Assembly (NCBI GenBank): GCA_963727445.1
Contig: CAVSGI010000009.1
Coordinates: 640,001 to 704,000, forward strand
From: an uncultured delta proteobacterium
GTDB taxonomy: Bacteria > Myxococcota_A > Polyangia > Polyangiales > B10-G4
DNA length: 64,000 nt
Direction of reading: 5' to 3'
The notes beneath the pieces are model-generated. The model saw only the letters and a list, made by a program, of their open reading frames with translations. It did no database searches and had not been told where the DNA came from. Both the position numbers and the translations under genes were made by a program. Below are positions 57,603-64,000 of this stretch, one piece after another (the first letter of the stretch is position 1; each line of letters opens with the position of its first letter).

Positions 57603-58167
57603 TTTGGCGTTCCACGGCCTGGCGGATTTCGTCCATCACGTCCGCGAGTGGACGAGCCCCGAGCAGATAGCCGGGCGCTGGCTCGAGCCGGCCTCCGGAT
57701 CCCCGCCGGACCAGCTGGAGCGCCTGGGTCGCCGGGTGCACGAGCTCCTGGCCGCCGTCGTCGAGTCGAACGCGAAGCACGCCCTGGCTCATTCCCGTCG
57801 GCCGGAGGTCCGGCCCGACCCGCTCGGCGAAGACCACCGCCCGCTCCCCTTCGGTGAAGGTGGGCTCGCCCTCGACCCGCATACCGATGTCACCGACCTC
57901 GCCGCCGAGGCGACGCACCACGATGTCGTCTCCGCGGGCGGCGGAGCCCTTCATCACGTCCTCCACCCGGAGGGTGACGTCGGTGACGATCTGACGCTGC
58001 GCGTTGTAGTGCGAGTGCCGTTCGATGACCGTCCCCAGGACGACCACCTCGGAGGCGTCGATGAGCTCGTCCAGATCGAGGGCGAGGGTGATCGATGCCG
58101 CTGCCGGCGCCGCGACCCCAAAGAGCGCTACCACCAAAAGGAGGCGGGCGAGGCGACGACCAAGCAC
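57592..58167 (-). CDS. Secreted protein, putative NTR/TIMP-like OB fold, coupled to the matrixin
   Basis: Signal peptide ...APAAA; LDELIDASEVVVLGTV...VEDVMKG...LGGEVG...FTEGERAVVF; 11-bp overlap with the protease. Confidence 0.7.
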   Translation of the reverse strand: MLGRRLARLLLVVALFGVAAPAAASITLALDLDELIDASEVVVLGTVIERHSHYNAQRQIVTDVTLRVEDVMKGSAARGDDIVVRRLGGEVGDIGMRVEGEPTFTEGERAVVFAERVGPDLRPTGMSQGVLRVRLDDGGQELVHPATQALQLVRRGSGGRLEPAPGYLLGARPLADVMDEIRQAVERQSAR

Positions 58168-58392
58168 CTGTCCAGGATGACGAGCGGCCCCCAGCCCCGT
58201 CAACCAGAACCGCCCTTAAACGCCCGCCACAGCGAAGCTTCGCACAAAGGAGGCGCCCGCCCGGGACCCCCTTTCCCTCGGCCGGCGGCTGGACGCCGGA
58301 ACGTACCCACTGCGTTTGGGCAGGTCCATTCTCCACGACTGGCCTCAGCCCGCCGTTGACAAGCTCCGGCCCACCTGAGATCCAACCGGGCC

Positions 58393-59319
58393 ATGCGATC
58401 GTTCTGGCTTCATTCGTCGGCCCTCGTGGCCTTCTGCCTTCTCTTCTGTGGAGGGTGTGACGTGGCGAAGTTCGCCGCCAACTCGACGGCCAACGTCTTC
58501 GAGCGCGCCGGGCCCGCTTTCAACCAGCACTGGGACTACGAGTTCGCCGGTGACGCTGCGCCCGCCAGCACGATGCAGCTCGAGGGGCTGCACCGCGTCG
58601 CTCCGGAGAACGAGACCATCCTCCTCGCGGGTGCCCGCGCCTACATGGGCTACACCTTCGGCTGGATCGAAGACGACCTCATGCGCGTCGATCCGATGGA
58701 CATGGACGAGGAGGAGCGCCTGCAGCGCCGCGCAAAGTGGATGTACCTTCGCGCTCGCTACTTCGCGCTCCGGCTCCTGAAGCAGCGCCACGACGGCTTC
58801 GACGAGGCGTACGACGGCGGCCTCGACGAGTTCAAGCGCTGGCTCCAGGAGGAGTTCGACGATCCGGAAGACGCGGAGGAGCTCTTCTGGCTCGGCTACA
58901 CCTGGGCCTCCGCCATCAACGTTTCCCGTACCGATCCGGACATGATCGCCGACCTCGCCTTCACCCGCGCTCTCATCGAGCGCGAGGTGGAGCTCAATCC
59001 CAGCTACTTCAACGCGGGCGGCATCACCTTCCTCGGCGTGATCAACTCCAGCTTCGGCGAATCCTTCGGCGGCCATCCCGAAGAAGGCCGCGAGTTCTTC
59101 GAGGAGGCCCTGAGGCTGACCGAGCGGAAGTTCCTCCTCATCCAGTACAACTACGCCCGCACCTACGCGGTCCAGACCAACAACCGCGAGCTCTTCGACG
59201 AGCTGGTGAACGAGATCCTGACCGCCGGCGACATCAGCAACGACAACCGGATGCCCAACAAGATCGCCGTGCGGCGGACCCGATGGCTCAGGGACCACGC
59301 CGACGACCTCTTCTACTGA
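58393..59319 (+). CDS. tatT: TRAP transporter TatT component (TPR-like lipoprotein)
   Basis: Lipobox CGGC; YTFGWIEDD, YLRARYF, LFWLG..W, FGGHPEEGREFFEEAL, YARTYAV, N.MPNKIA; precedes dctPQM. Confidence 0.85.
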   Translation: MRSFWLHSSALVAFCLLFCGGCDVAKFAANSTANVFERAGPAFNQHWDYEFAGDAAPASTMQLEGLHRVAPENETILLAGARAYMGYTFGWIEDDLMRVDPMDMDEEERLQRRAKWMYLRARYFALRLLKQRHDGFDEAYDGGLDEFKRWLQEEFDDPEDAEELFWLGYTWASAINVSRTDPDMIADLAFTRALIEREVELNPSYFNAGGITFLGVINSSFGESFGGHPEEGREFFEEALRLTERKFLLIQYNYARTYAVQTNNRELFDELVNEILTAGDISNDNRMPNKIAVRRTRWLRDHADDLFY

Positions 59320-59500
59320 ATCGACCGAGGCCAGGCCCCTCCGCCTTTGGCCGATCCGGGCTCTCGAAATCAGGGCAATTTCCGTCCTTCTCAGCGCGTT
59401 CTGTCCGTGTTTGAATCTTCGACTCGCGCGGCCGTCCATGGCCAATACTGGGGGCCCTGCGCCGGCCCCCCCGGCCTCAGGCCACACGGGAGAGTTCCGA

Positions 59501-60505
59501 ATGAAGCGCCGAATTTTCGTAGCCATCCTCTTCGCTGCCCTGATGGGCCTCGCCGTGGTGGGGACGGGGCCTGAGGCGGCCGACGCCCAGGAGACCATCA
59601 CCCTCCGCATCGCCACCCTCGCCCCCCGCGGCTCCCCCTGGGACCGCGCCTTCCGGGCGTGGGGCAACACCCTGACCCAGCAGACGAACAACCGCCTGCG
59701 CCTCCACTTCTACGTGGGCGGCTCCCAGGGTGACGAGCGCGACTACATCCGCAAGATGGAGTCGGGTCAGCTCGACGGCGCGGCCATCACCACCACCGGC
59801 CTCGGGCAGATCGTCCGGCCGGTGCTCGTGCTCTCGGCGCCCGGGCTCTTCACCGAGTACAGCAAGATCGACCGGGCGCGCAGCGCCATGAGCGACGAGC
59901 TCAACCAGGAGTTCGAGAGCGCCGGCTACAAGTTCATGGGCTGGGGCGACGTCGGTCGCGCCCGCTTCTTCTCGAACCGCCCGGTGCGGACCCCCGCCGA
60001 CCTCAGGCAGACCCGTCCCTGGGCGCGCCCCGACGATCCCATCGTGAATCAGCTCTACGCCACCATCGGCGTGAGCCCCCAGCGCCTCGGCGTGAACGAG
60101 CTCCTGCCGGGCCTTCAGACGGGCCGCGTGGACGCCTTCCCGGCGCCGGCTCTGGCCGCGGTGAGCCTTCAGTGGTTCCAGCACGCGACCCACGTCACCG
60201 CCGAGGCCAACTCGGTCGTGATCGGCGCCACCGTCATCAAGAAGGAGAAGTTCGACGCGCTCCCCGAGGACCTGCAGACGGCGCTGATGGACACCTCCGG
60301 CCGCGCCCACGCGGCGCTCCTGCGCAGCATCCGCCGCGCCGACGATCGCGCCTACACCGCGATCACCAGCCGAAACGTCACCCCGGTGGACATCTCCGGC
60401 GCTCGGGCCGAGTGGGACCGCATCGGCCAGCAGACCCGCCAGCGCCTCGCCGGCCGCCTCTACAGTGCGGAGCAGCTGAGGCGCGCTGAGCGCTTGGCGA
60501 GATAG
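59501..60505 (+). CDS. dctP: TRAP substrate-binding protein (TatP-type DctP)
   Basis: LRIATLAPRGSPW, GGSQGDE, GQLDGA, LQTGRVDA. Confidence 0.93.
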   Translation: MKRRIFVAILFAALMGLAVVGTGPEAADAQETITLRIATLAPRGSPWDRAFRAWGNTLTQQTNNRLRLHFYVGGSQGDERDYIRKMESGQLDGAAITTTGLGQIVRPVLVLSAPGLFTEYSKIDRARSAMSDELNQEFESAGYKFMGWGDVGRARFFSNRPVRTPADLRQTRPWARPDDPIVNQLYATIGVSPQRLGVNELLPGLQTGRVDAFPAPALAAVSLQWFQHATHVTAEANSVVIGATVIKKEKFDALPEDLQTALMDTSGRAHAALLRSIRRADDRAYTAITSRNVTPVDISGARAEWDRIGQQTRQRLAGRLYSAEQLRRAERLAR

Positions 60506-60525
60506 CCGAACGCCGAAGCGCGTGG

Positions 60526-60556
60526 ACGGCCGGGGCCCTCGGGCTTCGGCCGTTTT
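60526..60556 (+). terminator. Stem-loop after dctP (terminator or mRNA stabiliser)
   Basis: ACGGCCGGGGCCC...GGGCTTCGGCCGT followed by TTT. Confidence 0.65.
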
Positions 60557-60626
60557 GCATTTCTGAGCGAAAAAACCCTACCGAAACGTCGCCAGACGAG
60601 GGCTCGTTGGTCTAATCTCGCCCTCC

Positions 60627-61346
60627 GTGGAGGCGCTGACCAGCAGGCTCAAGCAGGTCGACGATGGGATCGCGCGTGGGGAGGGGGCCCTGGCGGCTTT
60701 CATCCTCGTCGTCATGATCTTCCTCGCCGCGACCCAGGCGCTTCTCTACAACCTGGCGAGTCGCGCCGAGCTCGAATTCGCGCAGAACGCGCTTCTGCAC
60801 CTCGAGTGGATCGACGCCTTCCTCCAGAAGGGGACCCTCTGGCTGGCCTTCCTCGGCGCCTCCCTCGCGACGCACAAGGATCAGCACATCGGCATCGACG
60901 TGCTCCATCGCGTTCTCGGGGGCCGCGCCCGGCATGCGATGAAGGCGCTCGTCACCCTGGCGTCGACCGTCACCTGCTTCTTCCTGGCCCGCGTCTTCTT
61001 CGCGTCGGCGCTCGCGGCACAGGAGCGGCCCCTCGAGTACGAGCTCCTCGGAGACGAGGGCCCGATCCACATCTGTGAAGGCTCCGCGCAGCTCATCAGC
61101 GACTCGGGCCTCACGCGCCCCGACCTCTTCTGCGGTCTGCGCGATTTCCTGACCCAGGTCGGCGCGCCGGTGGAGACGCCGGTGGGGGCGCTCCAGTTGA
61201 TCGTCCCCGCCATGTTCCTCTTCATGGCGGTGCGCTTCGCGGCCCGCTTCGTCACCGTCACGATCCACCTGGTCGAAGGACACGTCGACGACGAGACCGC
61301 AGGCCACAGCCTGCCTGGCATCGAAGAAGACGAGGAATCGGACTGA
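60627..61346 (+). CDS. dctQ: TRAP small permease
   Basis: LWLAFLGASLAT...HIGID; four TMs; enlarged loop containing two Cys. Confidence 0.9.
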   Translation: MEALTSRLKQVDDGIARGEGALAAFILVVMIFLAATQALLYNLASRAELEFAQNALLHLEWIDAFLQKGTLWLAFLGASLATHKDQHIGIDVLHRVLGGRARHAMKALVTLASTVTCFFLARVFFASALAAQERPLEYELLGDEGPIHICEGSAQLISDSGLTRPDLFCGLRDFLTQVGAPVETPVGALQLIVPAMFLFMAVRFAARFVTVTIHLVEGHVDDETAGHSLPGIEEDEESD

Positions 61347-62887
61347 TGGCCGCCCTCATCGCCGTCCTCCTGGTCGCCTTCGCCGCCATCGGCACCCCGC
61401 TCTTCGTGATCTTCGGCGCGGGGTCCATGGCCTTCTTCTCCCTCGACCCTCGCGAGAACAGCATCAGCTTCGCGGCGGCCGAGGTCTTCACGGAGAAGTT
61501 CGCGGACTCGCCGCTGATGGTGACGCTGCCGCTCTTCATCTTCGCCGGCTACATCATGGCCGAGAGCGGGACGCCCAAACGCCTGGTGGCGCTGTCCAGG
61601 GCCTGGCTCGGCTGGCTCCCGGGCGGCCTCGCCATCGTCTGCATCATGGCGAGCGCGTTCTTCACCACCTTCACCGGCGGCAGCGGGATCACCATCGTCG
61701 CCATCGGCGGCCTGCTCTTCCCGGCGCTGCTCTCCGACAAGTATCCGGAGCGCTTCTCCCTCGGGCTGGTCACCGCCGGTGGCTCGCTGGGCCTGCTCTT
61801 CCCGCCCTCGCTGCCCCTGATCCTCTACGGCATCGTCGCCGGCGTCCTGATCGAGAAGCTCTTCCTCGCCGGACTTCTGCCCGGGCTCATCACCCTGGTC
61901 ATCCTCGGCGGCTACGCAATCTACGTCGGCGTCCGCGAGAAGATGCCGCGCGTCGCTTTCGACGGGAAGGAGGCCTTCGAGGCCACCTGGCAGGCGAAGT
62001 GGGAGATCCTGCTCCCGGTGGTGATCATGGGCGGGCTGATCACCGGCTCGATGCGCATCCACGAGGCCGCCGCCTTCGCCGCCCTCTACGCGCTGGTCAT
62101 CGAGGTCTGGGTCTACAAGGACGTCTCCTTCCGCGCCGATCTGCCGCGCATCATCCGCGACTCGACCACCATGTTCGGCGCGATCCTCGCGATCCTCGCG
62201 ACGGCCATCGGCTTCACCGGCTACCTGATCACCGCCAACGTTCCCGCCAAGGCGCTCGAGCTGATGAGCCAGGTGATCAGCGGGCCCTTCATGTTCCTGC
62301 TGCTCCTCAACGTGTTCCTGCTCGTGGTGGGCATGTTGATGGACATCTTCTCCGCCATCGTGGTGGTGGTGCCGCTGATCGTGCCGATCGCCACCGACCC
62401 GTCGATCGGCATCGACCCCTATCACCTCGGCATCATCTTCCTGCTCAACCTGGAGATCGGCTATCTCACCCCGCCGGTCGGCCTGAACCTCTTCATCTCG
62501 AGCTTCCGCTTCGGAAAGCCGGTCACGCTGCTCTACCGTGCGGTCTTGCCCTTCATCGGCCTGTTGATCGTGGCCCTTCTGCTCACCACCTACGTCGAGT
62601 GGCTCTCGGTCGCGCCGACCGCCCTCGACGGGCGCGAGGAGATCAACATCTCCCAGACCCCGCTCCCCGTCGAGGAGGACGAGGTCCCGGACGGGGGCGT
62701 GGACGACGACCTGATGAACGACATCATGGGCGACGACATGGGCGACGACTTCAACCTCGACGACCTCGAGGGTGATGACTTCGACCTCGACGATCTCGAG
62801 GGCGGAAACGACGACGAGCCCACCCTCGACGACCTCGAGCTCGAGCTCGACCTCGGCGAGCCCTCCGACGACACCGACATGCAGTAG
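61346..62887 (+). CDS. dctM: TRAP large permease with acidic C-terminal tail
   Basis: LPLFIFAG, GGSG, GSLGLLFPPS, GYLTPPVGLNLF. Confidence 0.95.
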   Translation: MAALIAVLLVAFAAIGTPLFVIFGAGSMAFFSLDPRENSISFAAAEVFTEKFADSPLMVTLPLFIFAGYIMAESGTPKRLVALSRAWLGWLPGGLAIVCIMASAFFTTFTGGSGITIVAIGGLLFPALLSDKYPERFSLGLVTAGGSLGLLFPPSLPLILYGIVAGVLIEKLFLAGLLPGLITLVILGGYAIYVGVREKMPRVAFDGKEAFEATWQAKWEILLPVVIMGGLITGSMRIHEAAAFAALYALVIEVWVYKDVSFRADLPRIIRDSTTMFGAILAILATAIGFTGYLITANVPAKALELMSQVISGPFMFLLLLNVFLLVVGMLMDIFSAIVVVVPLIVPIATDPSIGIDPYHLGIIFLLNLEIGYLTPPVGLNLFISSFRFGKPVTLLYRAVLPFIGLLIVALLLTTYVEWLSVAPTALDGREEINISQTPLPVEEDEVPDGGVDDDLMNDIMGDDMGDDFNLDDLEGDDFDLDDLEGGNDDEPTLDDLELELDLGEPSDDTDMQ

Positions 62888-62903
62888 TCGACGAGCTCTG
62901 ACC

Positions 62904-63467
62904 ATGTTCGAATCGCTCATCGTACGGTGGGGGTACCTGGCGATCGGCGTGGGCACCTTCTTCGAGGGCGAGACGATCCTGATCGTGGGTGGAGCGGTCG
63001 CGCACCGCGGCCTCTTGTCCCTGTGGGGCGTGATCGTCGCCGCTTTCCTGGGGAGCGTGGCGGGCGACCAGCTCTGGTATCACGTGGGGCGCCGGGCGGG
63101 CCGCGCGGCGATCGAGAAGCGACCGCGTTGGAAGGATGGCGCCGCGAAGGCGGAGCGATGGCTCGAGCGCTACGGAAACGGATTCGTGTTGGGATTCCGC
63201 TTCGTCTACGGGATTCGCACCATCAGCCCCGTGTTCCTGGGAGCGACGGACTTCCCGGCGAAGCGGTTCACGATTCTCAACACCACCGGCGGCGCGATCT
63301 GGGCGGCCGCTTTCGGCGTCCTCGGCTGGATGTTGGGGGCGAGCCTACAGAGCCTCCTCAGCCGAACCGCCGAGGTCGAAGAGCTGGCGCTGGCGGCGCT
63401 CTTCCTGGTCGCCCTCGGCTTCGGCGTCTTTCACGCGGTCCGGCGCTTCGCCCGCCGCGAGCGTTAG
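62904..63467 (+). CDS. DedA family membrane protein
   Basis: GTFFEGE, GDQLWY.VGR, FRFVYGIR. Confidence 0.92.
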   Translation: MFESLIVRWGYLAIGVGTFFEGETILIVGGAVAHRGLLSLWGVIVAAFLGSVAGDQLWYHVGRRAGRAAIEKRPRWKDGAAKAERWLERYGNGFVLGFRFVYGIRTISPVFLGATDFPAKRFTILNTTGGAIWAAAFGVLGWMLGASLQSLLSRTAEVEELALAALFLVALGFGVFHAVRRFARRER

Positions 63468-64000
63468 AGCGGGCGCCCTGAAGCGATGGAGAGCGCGACC
63501 CGGAGCTCGGCGAGGGTTCGCTCGAGGGCGATCGCCCTCCGCGCGGCTTCGAAGGAGCGCTCGAAGAGATCCAGGGCAGCGACGTAGCTGAGCGTGCCGC
63601 TCACGGCGGCGGCCCGGGCCTGCTCCGAGAGACGCTCTGCGCCCGTGGCGGCGTCGCGCGCCGCGTCGAGCTGCTCCGCGACGAGCGCGAGGGTTCGGCT
63701 GATCCGAAAGACGTCGGCGCGCGCCTCGGCGAGACGCGCCTCGTACTGGGCGCCGGCCCGCGCCCGGCCGGCAGACGCCGCGGCGATCTGGTCCTGGTTG
63801 CGGTCGAAGAAGGGCAACCCCACGCTCAGGCTGCCTCCGAGGGTGGAGTTGGTGTCGACCTCCGTTCCGCCGAGGATGCCGATCTCGATCGGCGGAAAGG
63901 CGGCGAGGGTCGCCGCTTCGATGGCGAGGTCGCTCGACGCGTGCGCGTGGGCGAGGGCGAGCAGGTCCAGCCGGCGTTCGGGTAGCTCTGCCGAAAGCGC
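63464..64000 (-). CDS. C-terminal part of a TolC/CzcC-like outer-membrane efflux protein
   Basis: RRLDLLAL...AFPPIEIG...LSVGLPFFDRNQDQIAAA...G..SY...LD; start is outside the window. Confidence 0.8.
   Translation of the reverse strand, partial: ALSAELPERRLDLLALAHAHASSDLAIEAATLAAFPPIEIGILGGTEVDTNSTLGGSLSVGLPFFDRNQDQIAAASAGRARAGAQYEARLAEARADVFRISRTLALVAEQLDAARDAATGAERLSEQARAAAVSGTLSYVAALDLFERSFEAARRAIALERTLAELRVALSIASGRPL

Overview
High-GC (about 70% by eye) chromosomal window from a myxobacterium. The Ser/Thr kinases with Zn-ribbon/PEGA/TPR domains, Cys-rich lipoproteins, a MYXO-CTERM tail and an AgmX/PglI-type domain point to Myxococcota, probably Polyangia/Sandaracinaceae-like (inference). 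Housekeeping genes: rplU-rpmA, ribF, xseB, tRNA-Ala(GGC), qor and a HAD-IG 5'-nucleotidase. Most of the rest is envelope and secreted proteins. No transposase, prophage or CRISPR array was seen. Points of most interest: (1) two translationally coupled cassettes of Ser/Thr kinase + TPR-PEGA protein + variable lipoprotein, a candidate trans-envelope signalling module; (2) a lipoprotein with an aerolysin/ETX-MTX2-like Ser/Thr-rich beta-hairpin; (3) a PDZ protein fused to a NuoH-derived membrane domain that lacks the acidic loop; (4) a 2.2-kb intergenic repeat complex made of two different 52-bp-period arrays sharing an inverted CGGACCGCTC core, plus about 115 variant heptamers; (5) a matrixin-like protease coupled to a TIMP/NTR-like protein; (6) a TPAT-type TRAP transporter followed by DedA; (7) apparent frameshifts falling repeatedly on GAWTC, suggesting motif-specific base-calling error and possibly DNA modification. 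All family assignments come from motif recognition by eye, not from database searches.
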